A stretch of 64,000 nt of DNA, from contig MU006003.1 of the NCBI GenBank assembly GCA_010093745.1, positions 1-64,000 on the forward strand. Direction: 5' to 3'. The position numbers and the translations under genes are program-made. Shown here one piece after another: positions 35,736-45,381 of the stretch (position 1 is its first letter; every line of letters starts with the position of its first letter). The notes beneath the pieces are model-generated. The model saw only the letters and a list, made by a program, of their open reading frames with translations, searched no databases and was not told the DNA's origin. This DNA comes from Piedraia hortae CBS 480.64 (Eukaryota).

Positions 35736-36836
35736 ATGGCAGGTCCTGTTCGTCAACCACTGGACATTCCAAAGCTCGAGGCATACCTGCGGAACAATTT
35801 ACCTAACATAATCACCCCATTGGACGTCAAGCAGTTTGGATATGGCCAGTCTAATCCAACCTACCTCCTTACAACAGCCAATAAAGAACAATATGTCCTT
35901 CGAAAGAAACCTCCAGGAACGCTAATATCCCCAACAGCCCACCAAGTGGACCGTGAGTATAAGATAATGGCAGCTCTGCAACAAACCTCGGTCCCCGTGC
36001 CACGCACAATATGTCTCTGTCAAGACACTTCAGTTGTAGGGACGTCATTCTACATCATGTCATTTCTGAAAGGCCGCATCTTCGAAGACCCTGCCATTCC
36101 GGGTGTTGCGCCCTCAGAGAGGGCAGCCATGTGGAAAAGCGCAGTGACAACACTTTCGAATTTGCACAGCCTTGACTTCGCTGCTGTTGGACTTTCTTCA
36201 TGGGACAGGCCAGGGGCATTCTATGCGCGGCAGCTGAAGACACTCTCAACCGTTACGGATGCCCAAGCCAAGGCTGTGGACGTGGACACCCTTGAACCGG
36301 TCGGTCCTCTACCCCATCAAAAGGATCTCGTTTCCTTTTTCGGTGACAAGAACAGGCAGCCGCGCGATAAACGGACGCTCGTTCACGGCGATTACAAGCT
36401 TGACAATCTCGTCTTCCACCCTTCCGAGCCGTATGTTATTGGAATTCTGGACTGGGAGATGGCTACAGTGGGTCATCCCCTTGCGGATCTGGCCAACTTA
36501 ATCGCCCCGTGGACGCTGGCTACATGCACTCCAGCACGCGAGGCTGAGGTTGCACATGCAGGCTTTATCCCTGGTGCCACTGCAGGTCTGCCCACTTTAG
36601 AGCAATGCATCAAATGGTACGAAGAGGGCATGGACCGGGTAGACAGAAGGGAATTGGAATGGGCAGAGGCGTTCAACGTCTACCGGAACACCGTCATCAT
36701 GCATGGAATCGCGGCGCGGTATGCGAGACGACAAGCAAGCAGCGCACGTGCCATCAAATATGTGAAGCAACTGAAGCCGTTTTCAGATGCAGCATGGGAG
36801 CTGGTTAACGCTCAAAAGACCAAGGCCAAGTTGTGA
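35736..36836 (+). CDS. APH/choline-kinase-family phosphotransferase (ACAD10/11 N-terminal-like), peroxisomal
   Basis: QFGYGQSNPTY, VLRKKPPG, LVHGDYKLDN and ILDWEMAT. C-terminal AKL is a PTS1 signal. Confidence 0.87.
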   Translation: MAGPVRQPLDIPKLEAYLRNNLPNIITPLDVKQFGYGQSNPTYLLTTANKEQYVLRKKPPGTLISPTAHQVDREYKIMAALQQTSVPVPRTICLCQDTSVVGTSFYIMSFLKGRIFEDPAIPGVAPSERAAMWKSAVTTLSNLHSLDFAAVGLSSWDRPGAFYARQLKTLSTVTDAQAKAVDVDTLEPVGPLPHQKDLVSFFGDKNRQPRDKRTLVHGDYKLDNLVFHPSEPYVIGILDWEMATVGHPLADLANLIAPWTLATCTPAREAEVAHAGFIPGATAGLPTLEQCIKWYEEGMDRVDRRELEWAEAFNVYRNTVIMHGIAARYARRQASSARAIKYVKQLKPFSDAAWELVNAQKTKAKL

Positions 36837-37511
36837 AGTGCAGCCTGTCGATGGACATTGTCTCTCGTATGTAATCTGTTAATCTTGGACCTTGTGGAGG
36901 CGCGGTTCCCTGCGTCGCTCATCAGCACGTCACTGCATGGTAGGTATCTACAGTTTCATGCAGGTACGAGTCGTTTGTAACCTGGGAGTTGGTCAGTTTT
37001 ACATAATTCTGGCAAATCACGCTCCCATCACCACTCACTCCTTCCCTGTGCGGTTTAGTCTTATCAGATATACTAGACCGAACTTCCCCACAGAGACTAG
37101 CGTTTCAAGGCTGCGCCGCAAAGCTTAATCAGCACGCATACACCGATATCGGTCCAGACCATGTTTGTAGTTCTTAACCTGTTGTCTTCCAAGACCGCAT
37201 CAACAACATCAACCAATTAATTCCATCGAACTTGTAATTGTACAGCCAGCTTCTCGTTGTGCAACCGCGTCCATGTAGATTGCTGCAATTTGTGTGGGGC
37301 CAGCTACTGGAGCACGGCTCTCAACGGAGTTGAGTTTGACCGTGACAAGCGAATGCACAGTCCTGCCAGCTCGAGGCGAGTATTGGAGATGGTTGTCTAA
37401 ATCGCCGGTGGACGCGTGTATAGAGTCAGGTGACGGCTGATCAACCGTCTTCAGCCGAAAGGACTATTCGTTGATTAAAATTCAGCTGGATCCAACGTTC
37501 CTTAACTTACA

Positions 37512-39074
37512 ATGCCCCCTGCCGTGGATTCACGGCCAGCAAACGGTGACCATGTCCCTCCCAGACTGACCGTTGATACCGTTGCCAAACGCCGTGCTGC
37601 TGCTGGTTACATCAAGTATGGCGCGGCCGCCGTTGCTCATGTTGAGCTCTACAAAGGCCGCACAAGCCATTTGCACAAGCCATTGGCTCGTCGGTGGGAT
37701 GATCGTCTCACGCCCGAGGCAGCTTCCCGCATGGGAAGCTCTCTAAAAGAAGCAGCCCGCTATCTCAAAGTCCCCGGCCTCGTATCCCTCGGTGGGGGAT
37801 TACCGTCGCCAGAGTATTTCCCTATTGAAGAGATTTCCTGTGTCGTTCCATCTTTTGGAGACAAGGGAGGCGAAGCAACGCGTTTAACAGCCACAAAGCA
37901 GGATGTGATTCTAGACCAATCGATGCTGGACGTGGCTACTGCATTGCAATATGGTCAGGGCCATGGAGCAGCTCCTCTGCTGCGTTGGATCGTTGAGCAC
38001 ACTGAGATCATCCACAACCCGCCCTATCAAGATTGGAGCTGCACTATGACAGTTGGATCGACTTCGGCCTGGGACATGGCGCTGCGTATGTTTGCACGGC
38101 CGGGACAACGCATCTTGACGGAGCATTTTACATTTCCTTCGGCGGCCCAGACTGCTGCTCCGATGGGAGCGCTCATGAAGGGCGTACCAGTGGATGAGTA
38201 CGGTCTTCGTGCCGATGAGCTAGACGAGCTTCTCTCGAACTGGCCAGAGGGCGAAGGCCCTAAACCATTCCTACTCTACACTGTGCCGACGGGCCAGAAT
38301 CCGACCGGATCAACACAAACGTTGGAACGACGAAAGGCTGTGTACGCCGTTGCACAGAAGCATGACCTCTTCATCGTCGAAGACGAGCCTTATTATTTCC
38401 TGCAAATGCAGCCGGTCGGGCAGGAAAATGCTATTCCAAAGACGCACGAAGAGTTTCTAGACTCGCTAGTCCCTTCGTACCTCTCCCTCGACGTCGACGG
38501 TCGTGTGATGCGCATGGATTCGTTTTCCAAAGTCATTGCCCCTGGAAGCCGCGTGGGATGGATCACTGCATCGGAGCAAATCTGCCAGCGTTATATGAGA
38601 CACGCAGATTTGTCGACGCAGGGACCGAGCGGAGCAAGCCAGCTGCTCCTCTACAAGCTCCTAGACGAGCACTGGGGACACAGCGGCTACCTGGACTGGC
38701 TGATGCATATTCGCAAGGAATATACCGGCCGACGAGGCGCCATCCTGAACGCATGTGAACAATCCCTCCCCAAAGATTATGTGTCCTGGATTGTTCCCAT
38801 GGCGGGAATGTTCCTCTGGCTGCGTGTTGATGCGACGAAGCATCCCCTACGCGCATTGGGAACCGAAGCAATGGAAGATGATATCTTTGAAAAGGCAATC
38901 GGCCACGGCACGCTGCTGATCAAGGGAAGCTGGTTCCTCGCCGTGCCTGGTACAGGCTTGGGCAAAGATATCCACTTCAGGGCCACATTTGCCTCAGCAC
39001 CTTTCAACCTCATCGAAGAGGCGATCAGGAGGTTCGGTGACGCAGTGCGGGATTCGTTCAAATCCCAGCCATAG
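37512..39074 (+). CDS. ARO8: Aromatic amino acid / 2-aminoadipate aminotransferase
   Basis: SLGGGLP, LQYGQGHG, YTVPTGQNPTG, EDEPYYFL and DSFSKVIAPGSRVGW. Confidence 0.88.
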   Translation: MPPAVDSRPANGDHVPPRLTVDTVAKRRAAAGYIKYGAAAVAHVELYKGRTSHLHKPLARRWDDRLTPEAASRMGSSLKEAARYLKVPGLVSLGGGLPSPEYFPIEEISCVVPSFGDKGGEATRLTATKQDVILDQSMLDVATALQYGQGHGAAPLLRWIVEHTEIIHNPPYQDWSCTMTVGSTSAWDMALRMFARPGQRILTEHFTFPSAAQTAAPMGALMKGVPVDEYGLRADELDELLSNWPEGEGPKPFLLYTVPTGQNPTGSTQTLERRKAVYAVAQKHDLFIVEDEPYYFLQMQPVGQENAIPKTHEEFLDSLVPSYLSLDVDGRVMRMDSFSKVIAPGSRVGWITASEQICQRYMRHADLSTQGPSGASQLLLYKLLDEHWGHSGYLDWLMHIRKEYTGRRGAILNACEQSLPKDYVSWIVPMAGMFLWLRVDATKHPLRALGTEAMEDDIFEKAIGHGTLLIKGSWFLAVPGTGLGKDIHFRATFASAPFNLIEEAIRRFGDAVRDSFKSQP

Positions 39075-39171
39075 ACTGGAAAGAGAAAACTGTCCTTCGG
39101 GAAGAAACTGTCCATTAGAGTAAAACAGTCCATGAAAAGAAACCCATCACAACATGTAATATGACTCCCGC

Positions 39172-39455
39172 TCACCGCTTATCATCAATCCTATCCAACG
39201 CCTCCATCATGACAACCGAATTTCCGCGCACAACACACATTCCTATTCGCACTTTCTCGTCGCCCTTACTCTCGGTAGCTTCGTCGAGGACAAGGTTGAA
39301 GAAGACATCGTAACCGCGCAACGTGCCCATGACTTTTCGTGATCCGTTTAGCTGCACTTCCACCCTCTTATCCAGATACTTTTACATCCTGTCAGCTTGA
39401 CTTTACCTAAGGGAGAAATACGCACGCGTTTGAGTTCAGGTTGAGCTTGAGGCAT
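39172..39455 (-). CDS. SMX2: Spliceosomal Sm protein G; one intron (GTGCGT...CTGAC...AAG)
   Basis: MPQAQPELKR|YLDKRVEVQLNGSRKVMGTLRGYDVFFNLVLD...VVRGNSVVMMEAL. Confidence 0.93.
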
Positions 39456-39610
39456 TGCTCCCACTGATTGTTCCCTCTTATGACTGATGTGTAACTGCTC
39501 CACCAAGTTGTTGCGAGGTGTGGTGCGCACCCGCTCCGGCCCGACCCATCTCCACATGGAACGACGCCACCCCGACAAACCTCCACCTCAAACCATCGCG
39601 TCATGCAAGC

Positions 39611-41518
39611 ATGACAGACGACCCAGACCAAGACCTCCTCCTCGCCCGTCGCGCGAATAAAGAGCGCCTGCGCAACTCTTTCGAAACTCTCTTTGACAAA
39701 TACAGCCGCGACTTTACTGGCATCGGCGATGAGATCGACCTCGTCACCGGCGAGATTGTTGTTGATAATGGGCATGTGTCCAATTTACAGCCGGAAGGGG
39801 GCGATGGGATTGTTGCGGCTTTCAGCGCTGGGTGTGAACCTGGAGATGATGAGTCTGAAGAGGAGCACGCGGTTCAGTGGGATGAGGTTAGGAATTTGAG
39901 GATTGGGGAATTGTTGGCTGGGGAGGGAAATGGGGTTTCGGAGTTGGGGGTTAAGATTGCTAGGGCGATTTTATCTGGAGGCGCTTTCGCAAGGGAGAAG
40001 CGCCCGCGGAGTGCCAGCCCGTTGGATGATTCTCTTTGGGAACCTGGGCGTGCGCCGAGGGTTAAGAGGAGGAGAAAGACGGTTTCTGTACCTGTAGTTG
40101 CTGAGGAGGAGGATGCGGATGCTGCGAGGATGTGTTCGAACTGTAAGGCCACTTCATCCAGTACCTGGCGACGAGATCCTGAGGGGGGAATGTTGTGCAA
40201 TCCTTGCGGGATGTATTTCTACCGGTACGATCAGATGAGGCCGGAACCGGAGTTTGTGCCTGATAATGAAGCGCCAGAGGGCGAGATGATGCTTGATCCT
40301 GCACTGTTCTCATCTCGAGAAGGGACGCCGACACGCCCTACACATCATGGCAAGTTTACGGTCGAGGAAGATGCGTTGATCGTCTATCTTAAAGAGGCGA
40401 AACGTATGTCCTGGGAATCCATCGCGTCACACTTCCCACAGAGATCCTCGTATGCTATTCAAGGCCGCTATGCGAAGCATCTGCACAAGAAACCTTGTGA
40501 GGGTCGGGAATTTTTCGACCGCGAGGGTCCGGAGTATTTCTCTCACCTTTTCCGCGGCGAGGATACGGATGACCAGGAGCAGTCGCCTCATATCCAGCCG
40601 AAAGTACAACGGCTGCGCCAATCGTGGACGCCTGCGGAGGATAAGAAACTCGTTCGGCTGAGAGAAAAGGACGGGCTCCGCTGGGATCAGATGACATTGC
40701 AGTTCCCTGATAGGACCATGTCGGCCCTACAGAAACGGTTTGTCAGATTGAAGAAGAGCCCGCTTGCAAAGAGGACTTGTCCGAGTAATATCAAGAGGAA
40801 AAGGAGGAGATTGCCTGATGAGGAGGAGGAAGAGCTTGTGGAAGGGTCAGAGGAGGAAAGGGAACGGGAGATGGAATTAGAAATGGAGAGGGAGATTGAG
40901 GAGGAAATGCAAAAGGAGATGGAAGAGATGACGGATGATGATTCGGATGATTACAAGGAAATGTTAATGGAAGAGGATGAGCAAGATGAAGAAGAAGAGG
41001 CAGATGAACGCAAATTAGAGGTTCAGGATTCGGAAGCAGAGGATGGTTCGGCTGTCATCGATTGGCCTCGAGCGGAGACGGCGGTTATGCACAAGCCACC
41101 AGTCCAACCCACGGAACCTGTGCAAAGGACACCTGCAAAACCTGCGGAGAAGAGCGACACTCCATCTATATTCCCTCCCGATAACGAATACACGTCGATG
41201 GAGGATGTTCAGCAAATTCCGCCTCAGGAAAGCAGGCCCAGCATGGCCGCGATAGCAGAGACTCCACTAGAAGAACAGCAAAATAAGCCCTCACCACCAG
41301 TGGAGCCTCAACAGGCTCCGCCCCGAGAAAGCCGCCCCGGCGTCAATGTGGTAGCAGGAAAGCAGCAAGCCTCCCCGGCTGTAGAACCGGTAGTGAAGAC
41401 GCCACTGCCAAAAAGCAGACCGAGTCTTCCGAATTCAAACATGCGAAGTGGGAGTAGAAGGAAGACCCTGACAACCCTCCTCCCGACTGATGGGTCAGAC
41501 GATGAATTAGGATGTTGA
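39611..41518 (+). CDS. SCM3: Scm3 (CENP-A chaperone) domain protein with GATA zinc finger and two Myb/SANT repeats
   Basis: RLRNSFETLFDKYSRDFTGIGDEIDLVTGEIVVDNGH (Scm3), CSNC-x17-CNPC (GATA), and FTVEEDALI and WTPAEDKKL (Myb). Confidence 0.78.
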   Translation: MTDDPDQDLLLARRANKERLRNSFETLFDKYSRDFTGIGDEIDLVTGEIVVDNGHVSNLQPEGGDGIVAAFSAGCEPGDDESEEEHAVQWDEVRNLRIGELLAGEGNGVSELGVKIARAILSGGAFAREKRPRSASPLDDSLWEPGRAPRVKRRRKTVSVPVVAEEEDADAARMCSNCKATSSSTWRRDPEGGMLCNPCGMYFYRYDQMRPEPEFVPDNEAPEGEMMLDPALFSSREGTPTRPTHHGKFTVEEDALIVYLKEAKRMSWESIASHFPQRSSYAIQGRYAKHLHKKPCEGREFFDREGPEYFSHLFRGEDTDDQEQSPHIQPKVQRLRQSWTPAEDKKLVRLREKDGLRWDQMTLQFPDRTMSALQKRFVRLKKSPLAKRTCPSNIKRKRRRLPDEEEEELVEGSEEEREREMELEMEREIEEEMQKEMEEMTDDDSDDYKEMLMEEDEQDEEEEADERKLEVQDSEAEDGSAVIDWPRAETAVMHKPPVQPTEPVQRTPAKPAEKSDTPSIFPPDNEYTSMEDVQQIPPQESRPSMAAIAETPLEEQQNKPSPPVEPQQAPPRESRPGVNVVAGKQQASPAVEPVVKTPLPKSRPSLPNSNMRSGSRRKTLTTLLPTDGSDDELGC

Positions 41519-41711
41519 GCACTTGTAGATTGTATTCTAGTTGTACAAAAGAGCAAGCCTCTGCAAGCAGGGATGACTAGCGAATCTATACGCTTAAGCT
41601 TAATCTATCAAGCCTCAACATAGACAAGTCCCTCTATCTCCACCGCTCCTGATTGCAACATGCCTACAAAATCGTCAGTTAACCCTTTACCTCCACAACC
41701 TGCACATAAGG

Positions 41712-41804
41712 TAATTCAGAACCCCGAAGTCTAAGCACAGACCAGCAAATGCTGATCCTTTTCCGGCTCTTCCTGAAGCGAATGGGGAGATTTCATCATG
41801 ATAA
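41712..41804 (-). ncRNA. Candidate box C/D snoRNA within a spliceosomal intron (41826->41664) of a non-coding transcript
   Basis: Minus strand: GTAAGT donor at 41826, C box ATGATGA at 41799-41793, D box CTGA at 41719-41716, then branch ACTGAC and a TTTTGTAG acceptor ending at 41664. Confidence 0.6.
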
Positions 41805-42196
41805 TCTTCTCCACGGGGAAACTTACGGAGTATTAGTATTGTGTTGGTGTTGGTGCGGTCCGGGGGACCTTTTTTTTTTTTAGGAGGGCTACACGCGGCT
41901 CGGGCCGAGAACGACAGACGGAAAGGTTCCGCATGGCGCATGCGGTAACCCAAAACCTGCAGGAGATTTGCTTCGAGCGCAGCAGGAGAGTCCGCTTCGC
42001 AGAAGGTGTATGTAGAATGCTCGAGGTTCAAAAGCAGCGGTGCAGAGATCCCCATTTCGTGTATAGGTTTAGCCAAGTTCTCGAACCTTCGCTGCGCCAC
42101 CGGGGCTGAAGCACAACGTGTTCGTGACGTTTAATTCCCGCCTTTGTTCCTGGCATAATAATTTCCCTTGTTCAGAGCTGCGCTCTTCCTTCAACC

Positions 42197-43990
42197 ATGA
42201 CGAAAGCCTTCTACCTGGCCGTTTTCACTCTCTTAGGAGGACAATGTCTTGCGGATATCTCGGCTCCGACGGCGCAGTTTGAGCCCAGCGCAAAAGTCAC
42301 GGATACATGCGCGACGTACGGAGAGTTAGACATCCTCAGTAACAAGGTGCAGCCGTATGTGCGCGACCTCACAAAAGCGTCGGATTTCTTTTCCTACTAC
42401 AGACTGAATCTTTTTAATAAAAGGTGTCCGTTTTGGAACGATGATAATGGCATGTGCGGCAATATTGCCTGCGCGGTGACGACGATTGATAGGGAAGAGG
42501 ATATTCCGCTAGTGTGGAGGGCAGAAGAGTTGAGCAAACTCGAAGGGCCAAAGGCTAAGCATCCAGGCAAGCAGCAGCAGCAGGAGAGGCAGCGTCCGCT
42601 GTTAAACCAGTTGGGAGATCATGTGGGAGAGAGCTGTGTGGTGGAGAATGATGATGAGTGCGATGACAGAGATTACTGCGTCCCAGAGGACGAGGGGAGT
42701 GGCTACAAGGGTGACTATGTCAGTCTGGCACAGAACCCGGAGCGCTTCACGGGATACTCGGGAGAGGGAGCGCATCAGATTTGGGAGGCAATTTATAGGG
42801 AAAATTGCTTCTCAAAAGATGCCTCGAGTCCCCAGTGTCCGCTGCAAATGGGACCCACTCGTCCCCAGAACACCCTGGCTTCGCTGGATTTCGAGGATGA
42901 GTGCATGGAGAAGCGAGTCTTTTACCGTGTCATCTCGGGAATGCACGCATCCATCTCGACACAGTTGTGCTATGATTACCTCAACCAGACGACTGGCAAA
43001 TGGGGGCCCAACTTGGAATGCTACAAATCGCGGCTGCACCACCACCCGGAGAGGGTCAGTAATCTCTACTTTGATTTTGCCCTTCTTGTGCGCGCCGTTG
43101 GGAAGTTACGTAACAGTCTCAAAAACTATACGTTCTGCGTAGGCGACCCAGAGCAGGACCGGACTACTCGGAGCCATATGCAGCAGCTATCGTCTGTTAT
43201 TCCTGCCGGGCCAGATACGTTTGACGAGAGTGTTTTGTTCCAAGATCATACGGCCGGTTTGAAAGACGAGTTCCGCAATCGTTTCCGCAACGTCAGCCGC
43301 ATCATGGACTGTGTAGGCTGTGATAAATGTCGTCTTTGGGGCAAACTCCAAACAAACGGGTTTGCTGTTGCTCTCAAGGTTCTTTTCGAGTTTGGCAACG
43401 ATGAGGTTGCCAAACAGCCCAAGATAAAGCGGACAGAGATTGTCGAGCTCATCAACACGCTCAACAAGATCAGCACATCGATCCAAGCTTTGAAGCATTT
43501 CCGGGCAATGCTTGCAGAAGAAGAACAGCAGACAGAGGGTCATTGCCACGGCTGCAACCGTAACCATCACCATCACGACCACAACCACAACCACAATCAC
43601 AACCACAACCACAACCACAATCAGCCCGACCACTGCCACGCCACAGACGGATCAATCCACAAATTAAACCCAGATGGCTCCATGGCCGAATGCCACTGCA
43701 ACAACTGTCCCCCAGATAACACAGCAGAGCTGGAAGACGACTTCCCCTCCGTCCCAAATGCCTTCCGCAAGAACCCGCCAACAGGCGAGACAGTCACCGA
43801 AATCTTCTGGGAAGAGCTCGACAACATGTATCGGGCAGTGAGGTTTGTGTTGCGCAGCTGGGCCGATACACCACGGAAATTCGGCACGATTGCGTACGTG
43901 GAGAGCATGCGTTTGATCGAGTTCTGGCTTGGAAGACCTGTTCGGGAACGGAGTTGGAGCATCAAGTTCCCTACCAAGGAGGATTTGTAA
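42197..43990 (+). CDS. ERO1: ER oxidoreductin 1
   Basis: Signal peptide, CPFW, NPERFTGY, SGMHASIS and RIMDCVGCDKCRLWGK. Confidence 0.95.
   Translation: MTKAFYLAVFTLLGGQCLADISAPTAQFEPSAKVTDTCATYGELDILSNKVQPYVRDLTKASDFFSYYRLNLFNKRCPFWNDDNGMCGNIACAVTTIDREEDIPLVWRAEELSKLEGPKAKHPGKQQQQERQRPLLNQLGDHVGESCVVENDDECDDRDYCVPEDEGSGYKGDYVSLAQNPERFTGYSGEGAHQIWEAIYRENCFSKDASSPQCPLQMGPTRPQNTLASLDFEDECMEKRVFYRVISGMHASISTQLCYDYLNQTTGKWGPNLECYKSRLHHHPERVSNLYFDFALLVRAVGKLRNSLKNYTFCVGDPEQDRTTRSHMQQLSSVIPAGPDTFDESVLFQDHTAGLKDEFRNRFRNVSRIMDCVGCDKCRLWGKLQTNGFAVALKVLFEFGNDEVAKQPKIKRTEIVELINTLNKISTSIQALKHFRAMLAEEEQQTEGHCHGCNRNHHHHDHNHNHNHNHNHNHNQPDHCHATDGSIHKLNPDGSMAECHCNNCPPDNTAELEDDFPSVPNAFRKNPPTGETVTEIFWEELDNMYRAVRFVLRSWADTPRKFGTIAYVESMRLIEFWLGRPVRERSWSIKFPTKEDL
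43561..43621 (+). repeat. (CACAAC)n coding microsatellite giving a His-Asn repeat in ERO1
   Basis: Translates to NHHHHDHNHNHNHNHNHNHN. Confidence 0.85.
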
Positions 43991-44099
43991 GGCGTTCACT
44001 GAGGATGATATGTAATACATTAATGGGCAGGGGCGTCAGATGGGTATGTGAATATGTACTGGGACGATCCAATTGAAAATGTTACAACTATTTAACAAA

Positions 44100-45079
44100 C
44101 TAAGCGTCCGCAGAGGCAGTGGCCCCAGTGATGATATCCACCAATTCCGTAGTAATCACGGCCTGTCGAGTCCGATTGAACAAGATCTGGAACTTGTTGA
44201 TCATGTCTCCCGCGTTCTTGGACGCATTGTCCATTGCGTTCCGACGTGCAGATTGCTCGCATGCGTGGCCCTCAGCCAGCGCCCAGTAGAGGCTGTTGGC
44301 CATGGCGTATTCGCGCATGTTGGCCAGGACTTGGTCGTCAAGCTCGAATGCGGCGAGGTTGGCTGTGGCTGTCAGTTGGCACTACATGGGATAAACAGGA
44401 AAACTCACGAGAAGCGGCAATGGCTTCTTCGGAATACGCCTCGAGAATAACAGGTTCATACGACTGTGCGTTGTTGAACTTGTTGTACATAATCTTGACG
44501 CTGCTGTAGTCGGTGGGGAGGAGGCAAAGCTGGTCAGCAATGGCCTGAGCATCAGCAAACGTCGGCACATCCTTGCCAATACCAGCGATCGAAAGAACCA
44601 TGTCGTTGCCATTGCTTCGACTCAGCTGCGCCTTGCACTTCTCGCCGACCACGGCCAGATCATAGTCGCCAGGGTGTTCGGCGAGAAGCTTTCGCACGGC
44701 ACGGCTGAGACCGGAATGGATACCGCCGCAGAGGCCCTTGTCGGAGCTGCAGATGACCAGCAACGTCTTGCCCTTCTCCGCCTCCAACGGCTTCGTCTCG
44801 GCCTCTTCGAACACGGCGTTGGACGATTGGCCGTACGTGCGCGACTCGGTCATGGCGCGTTGAGCGCGCGTCAGCTTGGTCGACGCCACAATTTTCATCG
44901 TCTTGGTGATCTTCTCAATGTTGCGAATCGATTTGAGGCGGCCCTCAATCTCGCGCAGCGTGGCATAGTTGGCGCTTTGTGGGCTATTCCGCAGTCAGTG
45001 ACGTCTGTCAATCAAGTCGCCGCGGGACTAACCGCTGAGCAAGCACCCTCACGGCCGGGCGGACGGTTCTCGACAGCAT
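44100..45079 (-). CDS. ATP3: Mitochondrial ATP synthase gamma subunit; two introns
   Basis: YATLREIEGRLKSIRNIEKITKTMKIVASTKL, SSDKGLCGGIH and EQSARRNAMDNASKNA...RQAVITTEL. Confidence 0.95.
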
Positions 45080-45381
45080 CTTAAGGGCACACGGAGCTTT
45101 GTCGTCGCAGCGGTCGGGGGAGAAGCGGTGGCGCTGCTTTGCCCAATCGGGTGAATATCACGTGCACAGGTCACGTGCAGAGCTCGCCAGGAGAACATTC
45201 ACCGCAATCCTGAATTCCTTCTTTCACCGTCCCTTTGGGCATCGTTCTCTTACATTTTCACATCATCAGTTTCTCATTGGTCCGTTTGCGCGTGCCCGCG
45301 GCGGCTCTGCGCGGCTCTCGTATAGCCTTGTGCTCTCCGCGCGCCAATCACCGCTCAGCCTTTCTGACACGCGTAAGGAAC

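Noticed and set aside
41678..41960. TAACCC motifs as a telomerase RNA template
   Set aside because: Neither extends to TAACCCTAA.
41687..42100. 137-aa minus-strand ORF
   Set aside because: Non-ATG start, runs through an A12 tract and overlaps the intron/snoRNA signature; likely spurious.
42070..42106. tRNA-like start GCCCCGGTGGCGCAGCG...GGTTCGAG on the minus strand
   Set aside because: The A- and B-box-like motifs are nearly adjacent and no cloverleaf can be formed.
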